DNA of 64,000 bases from an uncultured SAR116 cluster alpha proteobacterium (GTDB taxonomy: Bacteria; Pseudomonadota; Alphaproteobacteria; Puniceispirillales; Marisalimonadaceae): the NCBI GenBank assembly GCA_902558885.1, contig CACEFQ010000005.1, positions 43,659-107,658 of the forward strand. The letters are read 5' to 3'. The notes under the pieces are model-generated. The model had not been told where the DNA came from. It was given only the letters and a program-made list of their open reading frames with translations, and ran no database searches. Positions 1 through 9,050 of this stretch are shown here, piece by piece (within the stretch, counting starts at the first letter, position 1; every line of letters starts with the position of its first letter). The translations under genes were made by a program, and so were the position numbers.

Positions 1-221
1 TTGTCTGCAATTATAAGGATAGCACCATTTTGCCTTGCTTCATTTATAAATTCTGATCCATCGAACTGGGTACCTTTAATGGCAACGAAAATATAGTCAT
101 TTTTGATATTTTTACTATTTCCTGAGATCCCATTTATATTGTGGTTTAGTGTTTTGTCTGGAACATTTTTTAGCAAATCCATTAAAATTTTATTTTTTGA
201 TATAAGATCTTTTAATAACAT
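1..221 (-). CDS. murE: UDP-N-acetylmuramoyl-L-alanyl-D-glutamate--2,6-diaminopimelate ligase, N-terminal part (runs off the window)
   Basis: Manual translation from ATG at 221: MLLKDLISKNKILMDLL...INGISGNSKNIKNDYIFVAIKGTQFDGSEFINEARQNGA, a Mur ligase N-terminal domain; lies directly downstream of ftsI. Confidence 0.88.
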   Translation of the reverse strand, partial: MLLKDLISKNKILMDLLKNVPDKTLNHNINGISGNSKNIKNDYIFVAIKGTQFDGSEFINEARQNGAILIIAD

Positions 222-222
222 T

Positions 223-1923
223 TTATAAGTTTGCTCCGTCATTTTTACCTCTAATCTTAAAATCTAAAAGATTATTAGAAAATTTGGGTGAGCTTTCTAA
301 TTGAGGCTTTACTCCTAAAATTGGAGCAACTCTTGTTACTAATTGTTTTACAATAGGTGCTACAACCCAACCAGCAGTTCTATAGCCAAAGGAAAATTTT
401 TGACCTTTTGGATTATCGATCATAATAGTTATTATAAATTGTGGATCATTCATTGGAAATGCACCTGTAAATGCCACAATATTCTTCTTTTTAGAATATC
501 CCCCAGATGGATTAATTTTTTCAGCTGTCCCTGTTTTTCCTCCAATTAGATATCCGGACGCTTCTGCTTTTTTGGCAGTGCCATTTTTATTGCTAACAAC
601 TAGCCTCATTATACTTTTCATTTTTATTGAAGTTTCTTTTGAAATAATTACTTCATCTTTTTTTTCTACTTTTCCTTTTATCAATGTTGGATTAACCTTC
701 ACTCCACTATTAACAATAGTTGCTGTTGCAGATGCAAGATGCATAGGTGTGATTGAAATTCCATGACCATATGAAATGGTCATTGTACTTAAAACTTTTT
801 TGTCTGTCAGCACTTGAGGTTTTCCTAACTCAGGTATTTCTAGTGAAAGCCTATTCAATAAACCAAGAGATCTAAGATATTTTAATTGAGTTGATGAGCC
901 AAATTTTTCAGCTATTTTTGCCGATCCAATATTACTAGAATGAACAATTACTTCTGGAATATTAATAGCGTAATCCAGAGGATGAAAATCATTTATAATT
1001 CTAGAAGAAACTTTTAAGGGTTTTGAAACGTCAAAAACATCATTTTCATTTATTAAGTTACTTTCAAAAGCAATAGCAGCGGTAATTAACTTTAAAGTTG
1101 AGCCCAGTTCATATATACCTTTAGTAGCCTTATTAAAAAGATTTTCATTTAATATTGAATTATAATTATTAGCATTATAATCAGGAAGTGAAACTATAGA
1201 AAACAACTCACCATCTTTTGCATTCATTATTATTCCAGCACCGCCTTCAGCTTCAAATTTTTTTATTTGATTTAATAACAATGTTCTAGTTATATGTTGA
1301 ATGCCTCCATGAATAGAAAGAGTTACATCGTTACCAACTTGAAGTTGACTATCAAATTTTTTCTCCACGCCGGCAATGCCTTTGCCATCAATATCTGTAG
1401 CACCAAGAATATGAGAAGCTAGTGTATTGTTAGGATAAATTCTCTTCTTTATAGTTTCAATTTTTAAACCTTCTATCCCTGCATTCAAAAGTCTTACATA
1501 TTCTCTGGGGGATATTTCTCTTAACAGATTAATATGTTTTTTATTACTATTTAATTTTTTAAATAAATCTTCTTCTTTTAAGTAAGGAAATATTTTTATT
1601 AATTTGGTAATTGTTTGATGTTTATTCAAAATTTCCTGGGGATTTACATTAAGACTTAATGTATTAATTGTAGTAGCTAGAATTTTATTATTTCTATCGT
1701 AAATGTTACCTCTTAAATTTTTTTGAAAAGATTTATTTTCTATAGTTTTATAGGCTATATTTGAAATATTCTTTTTGTTTATGCTGGCGAGCGATATTGT
1801 TCTGTATCCAATAATTGTAAAAGACATTATTAATAACAGACTACAAATTAGTAATTTGATTTTACGAAATTTAGACTGATTTTGTTTTCTTACATCGAGG
1901 TCAAAAAAATCAAATTTTTTCAT
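223..1923 (-). CDS. ftsI: Penicillin-binding protein 3 (cell division transpeptidase)
   Basis: N-terminal TM helix, RGNIYDRN, RIYP, GIAGVEK, SxxK (STLK), SxN (SSN), KTG; dcw position. Confidence 0.95.
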   Translation of the reverse strand: MKKFDFFDLDVRKQNQSKFRKIKLLICSLLLIMSFTIIGYRTISLASINKKNISNIAYKTIENKSFQKNLRGNIYDRNNKILATTINTLSLNVNPQEILNKHQTITKLIKIFPYLKEEDLFKKLNSNKKHINLLREISPREYVRLLNAGIEGLKIETIKKRIYPNNTLASHILGATDIDGKGIAGVEKKFDSQLQVGNDVTLSIHGGIQHITRTLLLNQIKKFEAEGGAGIIMNAKDGELFSIVSLPDYNANNYNSILNENLFNKATKGIYELGSTLKLITAAIAFESNLINENDVFDVSKPLKVSSRIINDFHPLDYAINIPEVIVHSSNIGSAKIAEKFGSSTQLKYLRSLGLLNRLSLEIPELGKPQVLTDKKVLSTMTISYGHGISITPMHLASATATIVNSGVKVNPTLIKGKVEKKDEVIISKETSIKMKSIMRLVVSNKNGTAKKAEASGYLIGGKTGTAEKINPSGGYSKKKNIVAFTGAFPMNDPQFIITIMIDNPKGQKFSFGYRTAGWVVAPIVKQLVTRVAPILGVKPQLESSPKFSNNLLDFKIRGKNDGANL

Positions 1924-2225
1924 TTATTATCACCATTACTTAAGGTAACTGTTGCGTCTACAAGATCTTTTAAATTCCAAATATCTGTTGGTAAAACTTG
2001 TCTTAGTCCTAAACTGTTTACAGCAATTTTTTCTATTCTATCAGGGCGTTTCAGATAGCTAAGTTCAGCTTTTAAAATGTTTATATCTGATTGAGCAATT
2101 TTTATATTATTCTCTATCTGAGTAAGTTCTATTTCTTTTTTTGTAATGAAATGTTTAACTTGGTAAAGTGAAATTCCTACAAAAAGTATGACAAGAAAAA
2201 TCAAAGAGTATGGATACCTTATCAT
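1920..2225 (-). CDS. ftsL: Cell division protein FtsL
   Basis: TM helix, coiled coil, LKAELSYLKRPDRIEKIA motif; between rsmH and ftsI. Confidence 0.88.
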   Translation of the reverse strand: MIRYPYSLIFLVILFVGISLYQVKHFITKKEIELTQIENNIKIAQSDINILKAELSYLKRPDRIEKIAVNSLGLRQVLPTDIWNLKDLVDATVTLSNGDNK

Positions 2226-3175
2226 GCGATTTCTCCAAATGTAGATGAAAAGTGTGTCCTTTTTGCAATACGTAATTTTGCAGATCTAGATCTTTTATTA
2301 ATGCAAATCTCTTTAGCAGATGGCAGAATAGGCTTTTTTGTTAATATTTCTAAACTTGGATTTTTTTTTGGAAGGTCAGGTAAATATCTAGATGAGGGTT
2401 TGTTTCGTAAGCATTTATTAAAGAAATTTTTTACAATTTTGTCTTCAATTGAATGAAAAGAAACCACAGCTAATCTACCTTCTGGTCTTAATACTTTTTC
2501 TGCGGCTATTAATCCTTCTTCTAATTCTTTGATTTCATCATTTAAATATATACGAATTGCTTGAAAAGTTTTTGTAGCTAGATCTATTTTACTTTTCTTT
2601 TTTGGAATAGAATTTCTAACTATATCAGCTAATTGCCCTGTTGTTTTGATTTTATTAATTGATCTTTGATGTATAATATTTTTAGCTATTCTTCTTGAAT
2701 AAACTTCATCGCCCAATTCATATATTATATTTGCTAGAGTATTTTCTTCAACTTTGTCTAAAAATTCATCTGCAGTTGGACCTTCGGATGACATTCTCAT
2801 ATCAAGAGGGCCATCTAATTTGAAAGAAAATCCTCTACTTTTGATATCTAATTGAGGACTTGATACTCCAAGATCAAAAACAACGCCTGCAACTTTATGT
2901 ATTTTAAGTTCGTTTAAAAATTTACCTATTTCAGAGAATCTTCCTATTTTAAAGAAAAATCTATCTGCAAAACTTCTTTTTAAACTATCTGCAAAAACTT
3001 TGGCATGAGGATCTCTATCAATTGCAACAACTTTACAATTTTGTTTTTTTAAAATAGCTTTGGTATATCCACCTAAACCAAATGTTGCATCAACATAAAC
3101 TTCGTCTTCAGTTAAAGATAATGCCTTTATTACCTCATCAAGTAAAACTGGAATATGTATAACTTTATCATTCAT
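2222..3175 (-). CDS. rsmH: 16S rRNA m4C1402 methyltransferase
   Basis: HIPVLLDE, DATFGLGGY, DLGVSSPQLD, GPLDMRM, SFHSIED, RSRSAKLR. Confidence 0.97.
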   Translation of the reverse strand: MNDKVIHIPVLLDEVIKALSLTEDEVYVDATFGLGGYTKAILKKQNCKVVAIDRDPHAKVFADSLKRSFADRFFFKIGRFSEIGKFLNELKIHKVAGVVFDLGVSSPQLDIKSRGFSFKLDGPLDMRMSSEGPTADEFLDKVEENTLANIIYELGDEVYSRRIAKNIIHQRSINKIKTTGQLADIVRNSIPKKKSKIDLATKTFQAIRIYLNDEIKELEEGLIAAEKVLRPEGRLAVVSFHSIEDKIVKNFFNKCLRNKPSSRYLPDLPKKNPSLEILTKKPILPSAKEICINKRSRSAKLRIAKRTHFSSTFGEIA

Positions 3176-3190
3176 TTAAATACTGCTTAC

Positions 3191-3634
3191 TCAATTTTTT
3201 TTTAAAATTAATTTAGGTGGACCTTTTTCTCTTAGTATTTGCTGAGATTTCATATATTGATTTTCATATTCAGTAGGAGACCAAATATAAAATGACTCTC
3301 CTATACCCATAAAAACAGCTTTATCTGAGAGGTTGGCAAAGTTCATGAGAGTGTCGGGAATGACTACTCTACCATTAATATCAAATTTGATTTCAAAAGA
3401 ATCTGCCATCATCATTCTTAAAAGAAACGCGTCGTCTGATAAAGCGTCCAACTCATCTATAGCATCTATATATGCTCCCATTCGTGTTGAGGTAGTACCT
3501 TCTATGCATTTAAATTGCAGACTTTTAAATAAAATTAGAGTTTCATTTGATTTTTCTAAATTAACGCGAAATGATGCTGGAATAGATACTCTACATTTTA
3601 AATCAATCTTATTATGTGAGGTTGATAAAAACAT
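3191..3634 (-). CDS. mraZ: Transcriptional regulator MraZ
   Basis: Two DxxxR repeats (DLKCRVSIPASFR, DINGRVVIP); first gene of the dcw cluster. Confidence 0.93.
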   Translation of the reverse strand: MFLSTSHNKIDLKCRVSIPASFRVNLEKSNETLILFKSLQFKCIEGTTSTRMGAYIDAIDELDALSDDAFLLRMMMADSFEIKFDINGRVVIPDTLMNFANLSDKAVFMGIGESFYIWSPTEYENQYMKSQQILREKGPPKLILKKN

Positions 3635-3730
3635 TGATTTTAATATCCTAAATTAAAAATAATAAAACTGCATAATGTCCAAACTTTTAATTACATATAA
3701 AATTGCCTAAGCAATAAATTTATAGCTTTA

Positions 3731-3765
3731 TGGGATAACATGGGAATTTATGGTAGTCAATGGGA
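3731..3765. promoter_or_regulatory. MraZ-box array overlapping the dcw promoter
   Basis: TGGGA/TGGGA/TGGTA/TGGGA at 3731, 3741, 3751, 3761 (exact 10-bp period); overlaps minus-strand TTGACT(3760-3755)-17 nt-TATCCC(3737-3732). Confidence 0.8.
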
Positions 3766-3817
3766 AAATCAACCATCTTATAGTATCATTTAAGTAAATT
3801 TATTTTTCTATTAATAG

Positions 3818-4159
3818 TGTCAGAGAGCGATAAGCCGGGTTTTGTATCAAAAATTATGATTGTAGTTATTAATCTTGAAAATTTGTTACCAAATTTTTCT
3901 AGCGACCTACCCAAGAAACTTTGTAGAAATTCAAAATAAGTTTCTCCTATTTGGTCTTGCTCTAGGTGGGGTTTACCATGCCATTTTTATCACTAAAAAT
4001 GCGGTGTGCTCTTACCACACCATTTCACCCTTACCAAATTGGCGGTATATTTTCTGTGGCACTTTCCCTAGGGTTGCCCCTGCTGGAGGTTATCCAGCAC
4101 CTTATTTCTATAGAGCCCGGACTTTCCTCTTTAAAAAGCAACTACATAGCTCTCTGACA
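3818..4159 (-). ncRNA. rnpB: RNase P RNA (bacterial type A)
   Basis: Minus strand has GAGGAAAGTCCGGGC, AGTGCCACAGAAA, GGTAAACCCC and ACAAAACCCGGCTTAT; terminal P1 helix TGTCAGAGAGC/GCTCTCTGACA; conserved position upstream of mraZ. Confidence 0.96.
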
Positions 4160-4164
4160 AAAGT

Positions 4165-4192
4165 AAGATATAAGTTATAAATTTTAGGTCAA
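4165..4192 (-). promoter_or_regulatory. Putative sigma70 promoter of rnpB
   Basis: TTGACC (4192-4187), 16 nt, TATCTT (4170-4165), just upstream of the P1 5' strand. Confidence 0.55.
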
Positions 4193-4206
4193 TACAAACT
4201 TTAATT

Positions 4207-6024
4207 TTATGAATTATTTATTTCGTCATTTAAAATTTGTAATTCAAGCCATTTATTTTCTGATTCAGAAATAATTTTTTTAATATTTGTTATTTCAATA
4301 GCTACTTTCTCAAATGTTTTTCTGTCATTTTTAAATAAATCTTTATCATTTAAAATAGTTTCATATTCTTTGAGATCTTTTTCTAGTTTTTCAATTTTTA
4401 AGGGTAAGATCTCCAAATAATAAGAATCTTTGAAACTCATTTTCTTTTTTTTTATAACTTTTTTAGGTACTATTTTTTTATTTGAGATTTTGTTTTTAAC
4501 ATTATTATTTATTATTTTTAATTTTTCTAATCCAAATTTTTCGTAATAATCTGAAAAATTTCCTTCATGTTTTAAAATTCTATTATTGTTTTCAAATACA
4601 AGAATTTTATCTACTGTGTTATCTAAAAAAAATCTATCATGGCTAATAATTAATACAGTACCGTCATAGTTTTTGATAGCTACTTTTAACAAGTCAAGAG
4701 TATCAAAATCTAAGTCGTTAGTAGGTTCATCTAAAATTAAAAAATTATGTTTATTTATAAATAACTCAGCTAGTGATAATCTTACTTTTTCACCTCCCGA
4801 AAGTGATGAGTTACTCTGCAAAGATTTTTTTTCATCGAATAAAAATTTTTTTAAATATGACAAGACATGTATTTTATCACCCATAAAATCCACATGGTTT
4901 CCATTTCCAGCAAGTGTGCTCCATGGTGTTTTGTTTAGATTTATGTTTTCTTTATTTTGATCAAAATATTTAATATTTACGTTTTCACCAAATTTAATTT
5001 TCCCAGTTTTGGGAGGGTATATTCCCTGTAAAATTTTAACTAAAGTACTTTTCCCTGAACCATTTGCGCCTATTATTCCAATGCGATCATCTCTTCTGAT
5101 TTTCAAGTTTAAATCTGAGAAGATATTTTCATTTTCATTATTTATATTATAAGAAAAAGACAAATCGAATGTTTCAATTATATTTACTGCAGACTCATTT
5201 GTTTTATTAAGAATTATATTTAATGGTTTTTTTAATGTTGCTTTTGTGCTTTCATAATTTTTAGAAAGTTTTTCTAAATCTCTTAATCGCCCCATATTTC
5301 TTTTTCTTCGCGCTGGAATTCCTTGAATAGCCCATTTTTTTTCAGATTTTATTTTTTGTTTTAATTTATGAGATTTAGTTTTTTCAACCTCTATCACTTC
5401 ATTAGTCCAACTATGAAAGTTGTCGTATGGACCTTCTCTTTTTAAAATTTGCGCTTGATGTATCCAAAAAGTTTTTGTGGAAATTTTTTTTAGAAACTCC
5501 TGGTCATGGCTTACTATGATTAAAGTTTTATTCAAAGATAACAGCTTTTTTTCTAACCAGTCTATAGTTGGCAAGTCAATGTGGTTGGTAGGTTCATCTA
5601 ATAGTAATAATTCGGATTCACTTAGAATTAATTTTGCAATATAAATTTTACGAATTTCACCACCTGATAATTTATTTTTTAAATTAATTTTTTTTAGATT
5701 TAATTCTTCAATAATTTCTTTTGTCTTAGATAAGTTAGGGTGTTGATTATCTTTAGACAAAAATTCTAAAAGATTATTAATAGTAGGTTCAGGAGGATTT
5801 TGTTCCAAACAGTCTATTTTTAAGTTAGGTGCTATCCAAATACTTCCAGCATCACATTCTTCTTTGTTTTTTAAGAGATTTAATAATGAACTTTTACCGC
5901 ATCCATTTTGCCCTACCAAAACAATTCTATCAAATTGATGAATTGCGATGTTTATGTTCTCTAATAAAACTTTATTAGATTTAAACATTTTAAAGTCTTG
6001 AAAGGTAATTAAAGTTTTAGGCAT
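4207..6024 (-). CDS. uup: ABC-F family ATPase (Uup-like)
   Basis: Two NBDs (GQNGCGKS/LSGGE/LLLDEPTNH and GANGSGKS/LSGGE/ILDEPTND), no TM segments, C-terminal coiled-coil domain. Confidence 0.85.
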   Translation of the reverse strand: MPKTLITFQDFKMFKSNKVLLENINIAIHQFDRIVLVGQNGCGKSSLLNLLKNKEECDAGSIWIAPNLKIDCLEQNPPEPTINNLLEFLSKDNQHPNLSKTKEIIEELNLKKINLKNKLSGGEIRKIYIAKLILSESELLLLDEPTNHIDLPTIDWLEKKLLSLNKTLIIVSHDQEFLKKISTKTFWIHQAQILKREGPYDNFHSWTNEVIEVEKTKSHKLKQKIKSEKKWAIQGIPARRKRNMGRLRDLEKLSKNYESTKATLKKPLNIILNKTNESAVNIIETFDLSFSYNINNENENIFSDLNLKIRRDDRIGIIGANGSGKSTLVKILQGIYPPKTGKIKFGENVNIKYFDQNKENINLNKTPWSTLAGNGNHVDFMGDKIHVLSYLKKFLFDEKKSLQSNSSLSGGEKVRLSLAELFINKHNFLILDEPTNDLDFDTLDLLKVAIKNYDGTVLIISHDRFFLDNTVDKILVFENNNRILKHEGNFSDYYEKFGLEKLKIINNNVKNKISNKKIVPKKVIKKKKMSFKDSYYLEILPLKIEKLEKDLKEYETILNDKDLFKNDRKTFEKVAIEITNIKKIISESENKWLELQILNDEINNS

Positions 6025-6751
6025 TTAAATCATACTTTTTATTTTTAATTAAATCCCATGCATTATTTATTTCTTTAAGTCTATAAGTATTAGTTTCTAT
6101 TATATCTTGAGGTATACCTTGAGCAATTAATCTGTCAGGATGATGTTTCATTGCAAGCGTTTTCCACTTATTTTTAATTTCTTCTAATGGCGCATCTTTT
6201 GAAACACCTAGCGTTTGATATGGATCTATAGAATTATTTAGTTTTGAAGAACAAATTCTCTCAAAATCTTGGTCTGAGAAACCAAAAATATTGCTAACCT
6301 CTCTCAAATATATTTTTTCTTGGTGTGTTATTTTACCATCTGCTTCTGCTATAATCACCAGTAAGTTAATAAGTTCTTCTAATACAGATGAGTTTTTCTC
6401 TAACAGATTAGATATTTGTTTTGCGTAAACTTCAAAACCATCAGTTGTCTTTTTTGCTTGATCCCAAAGTCTTGCAACATATTTAATTTCATTATCTGGA
6501 ACTTTTATTTTTTCTTTGAAGGCTTTTATTTCACTTTTTGTAACTTTACCGTCAGCTTTGGCCATTTTAGCAGAAAGAACAATGACTCCAATGGTAAATC
6601 CAATTTGTTTTAATGCGAGTTCTTCTGGGAGTTTTTGTTTTGTTTTAAATTTATCAACAGCATGTCCTGCAGCTCCCCCGAGTAGTGCTCCTATTGCTCC
6701 TCCTAAAGCAAATCCAGTTGCACTTCCAATAATTTTACCCCAAATGGTCAT
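6017..6751 (-). CDS. djlA: DnaJ-like co-chaperone DjlA (TM + TerB + J domain)
   Basis: Gly-rich N-terminal anchor WGKIIG, AKMAKADG TerB motif, C-terminal J domain with HPD. Confidence 0.9.
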   Translation of the reverse strand: MTIWGKIIGSATGFALGGAIGALLGGAAGHAVDKFKTKQKLPEELALKQIGFTIGVIVLSAKMAKADGKVTKSEIKAFKEKIKVPDNEIKYVARLWDQAKKTTDGFEVYAKQISNLLEKNSSVLEELINLLVIIAEADGKITHQEKIYLREVSNIFGFSDQDFERICSSKLNNSIDPYQTLGVSKDAPLEEIKNKWKTLAMKHHPDRLIAQGIPQDIIETNTYRLKEINNAWDLIKNKKYDLNA

Positions 6752-6862
6752 AATTTATTTATTACAATTAAGATTCACCTCATTCAAGAAAATTAAATTG
6801 GATTAGGTTTATAAATATGTATAACTTATTTTAAACAAGAGATTTTTAGGAGCTCTTTATTA

Positions 6863-7087
6863 ATGGAAGAATATGATTTTACTGGATTAAAATGTCCTCT
6901 TCCTGTTTTAAAGGCAAAAAGAGTATTGAAGAATTTGGCTAAAGGAAAAAAAGTAGTATTTATTTCAGATGATCCAGCTAGCCCAATAGACTTTACTCAT
7001 TTTTCAGAAAATGAAGGTTATGAAATTTCTATTATAAGCACAACAAAAGGGATGCATTATTTTACAATGTATAAGGATGAAACTTAG
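6863..7087 (+). CDS. TusA/SirA family sulfur carrier protein
   Basis: DFTGLKCPLPVLKAK (CPxP) and SDDP motifs; 74 aa; AGGAG RBS. Confidence 0.88.
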   Translation: MEEYDFTGLKCPLPVLKAKRVLKNLAKGKKVVFISDDPASPIDFTHFSENEGYEISIISTTKGMHYFTMYKDET

Positions 7088-7107
7088 AGGAATGGGATAG
7101 CAAGGGG

Positions 7108-7845
7108 ATGGTGTTTTTAAGATCTCTTTTATTTAACATACAATTTTATTTAGGTACAAGTATATTGGTAACTATATGTGTGCCATGTCTATTATTTCCT
7201 AGAGAAGTTGTAATCTTTGTAAATAAAATTTGGTGTTTAATAATGACTAAAGGAATGAAATGGTGGCTGAATACTGAAATAAAAGTTATTGGACAAATCC
7301 CTTCAAAAAAAAGAGTTGTTATTTATGCAATTAAACATCAATCAGCCTGGGAAACTGTTTTTTGCACTCATTTATTTTCAATGCCATCAATAGTTTTAAA
7401 AAAAGCTTTAATTTTTTTGCCAGTGATTGGATTATATTTTTTAAGAGCAGGGGCTATTCCTATAGCAAGGGATGAAGGTTTAAATGCACTTAGAAAAATG
7501 GGTAGAAATGCAAAAAAAGCAGTTAAAGAAAATAGATCGATGATGATTTTTCCTCAAGGTACCCGAGTGAAACCAGGTATCACTTCAAAAGAAAAACCAT
7601 ATCTGCCAGGAGTTTTTTTCTTATACTCTCAAGCAAAAGTTCCTGTAATTCCTGTGGCTCATAATGCAGGGTTACTATGGCCCAAAAATAGTTTTTTTAA
7701 ATATCCTAATAGACTTAGGTCCAAATTTGTTACTATCCAGATTCTTCCAGAAATAAAGCCAGGATTGTCAAAGCGAGAATTTTTGACAAAATTAGAAGAT
7801 GCTATAGAAAATGCTTCAAACAAACTCATAACTTTGGAGAAATAG
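7108..7845 (+). CDS. plsC: 1-acyl-sn-glycerol-3-phosphate acyltransferase
   Basis: KHQSAWET (Hx4E), FPQGTR, VPVIPVAHNAG. Confidence 0.85.
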   Translation: MVFLRSLLFNIQFYLGTSILVTICVPCLLFPREVVIFVNKIWCLIMTKGMKWWLNTEIKVIGQIPSKKRVVIYAIKHQSAWETVFCTHLFSMPSIVLKKALIFLPVIGLYFLRAGAIPIARDEGLNALRKMGRNAKKAVKENRSMMIFPQGTRVKPGITSKEKPYLPGVFFLYSQAKVPVIPVAHNAGLLWPKNSFFKYPNRLRSKFVTIQILPEIKPGLSKREFLTKLEDAIENASNKLITLEK

Positions 7846-8256
7846 ATGGATGGCTCATATAAAAGAGGTGGGAATAACAAACAACTTAACGTTCTTGGCA
7901 GTGATCTTGAACCATGTAGTTCTTATCAAGATAAAAATGAAATTGTAACTGGATTTTATAGAGATAATTGTTGTAATACTGGTCCAGATGATTTAGGTTT
8001 ACATACTGTTTGCTGTATAATGACAAATACTTTTTTAACTTTTTCAAAATCAGTTGGAAATGATTTAAGTACTCCTATACCTGAATATAATTTTAAAGGT
8101 TTAAGAGAGGGAGATCATTGGTGTCTTTGCGCTTCAAGATGGCAACAAGCATTTGAGGCTGGTAAAGCCCCTAAGGTAATTTTAAAATCTACAAACATAG
8201 CAACAATTTCGGTAGTAAAATTAGATGATTTAAAAAAATATTCTGCACAATTGTAG
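7846..8256 (+). CDS. DUF2237 family protein
   Basis: NVLGSDLEPCS, TGFYRDNCC, HTVC, GNDLSTP, GDHWCLCASRW, GKAP. Confidence 0.9.
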   Translation: MDGSYKRGGNNKQLNVLGSDLEPCSSYQDKNEIVTGFYRDNCCNTGPDDLGLHTVCCIMTNTFLTFSKSVGNDLSTPIPEYNFKGLREGDHWCLCASRWQQAFEAGKAPKVILKSTNIATISVVKLDDLKKYSAQL

Positions 8257-8267
8257 GAGAAAAAATA

Positions 8268-8456
8268 ATGTATTTAGACCAAAAAGTAACAGTAACTTGT
8301 ACAGATAATGATACGAGAAGCAACGGTAAAATTATCAGGATTTTTCCAAATGGAATAGATATAGAAGTTTCAGGTACAATTATTAAGCTCAAAAAGACAA
8401 AGCCAAATTTATATGTTGGGACTATGGCTGGATTAGAATTTATTGTGAAAACTTAA
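8268..8456 (+). CDS. Small hypothetical protein (62 aa)
   Basis: Strong AGGAG RBS; fills the gap exactly; beta-rich sequence with CTDN and YVGTMAGLEF motifs. Confidence 0.75.
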   Translation: MYLDQKVTVTCTDNDTRSNGKIIRIFPNGIDIEVSGTIIKLKKTKPNLYVGTMAGLEFIVKT

Positions 8457-8461
8457 TTATA

Positions 8462-8872
8462 TTATTCAGCAACTTTAGGCAGTATATCCACAATTTTATC
8501 TTTTTCGTTATCAATTTGTTTCATGCCAGCAACGTTGATTATACCACCTTCAAATACGGCAATTTGTTTATAAAGAATATCACCAGATAGGACCCCATTT
8601 TCCATGATCACAACGCTATCAGAATTTATCTTACCACTGACATTACCACTTATAATCAGCTCAGATGATTTGACTGTGCCCTCAACCACTCCATTTTCGT
8701 CAACTATTATTTGATCAGCAGAAAGTTCTCCAATAAACTTATTTCTTATTAAAATTGAACCTGATGTTTTGTATTTACCTTCAAATACACCATCACCATC
8801 TAATTGAGAGCATGTTTCTAAATTTTTTACCTTATCTTTTAATGGCGAAGAAATTCTACTAATCTTAATCAT
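8462..8872 (-). CDS. Bactofilin (polymer-forming cytoskeletal protein)
   Basis: Beta-helix repeats such as GVVEGTVKSSELIISGNVSGKI and GVLSGDILY. Confidence 0.85.
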   Translation of the reverse strand: MIKISRISSPLKDKVKNLETCSQLDGDGVFEGKYKTSGSILIRNKFIGELSADQIIVDENGVVEGTVKSSELIISGNVSGKINSDSVVIMENGVLSGDILYKQIAVFEGGIINVAGMKQIDNEKDKIVDILPKVAE

Positions 8873-9050
8873 AATATACCCTAAATTTTAGATTATAATC
8901 TCTTTTACTAAAGGGATCAGCAATAGAAAAATATAACTATTTGAAAAATATAAATTTTTAGAATAGATTTTAGGTCTTAATTAAGAAATCTTTTTAAAGA
9001 TGAGAATCAGTTTCTATAAATAATTAAAAAAAATTCTCGAGGCAAAACAA

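Noticed and set aside
3875-4180. ORFs 3875..4180 (+) and 3966..4157 (+)
   Set aside because: They are antisense to the RNase P RNA gene and are shadow ORFs of its more GC-rich sequence.
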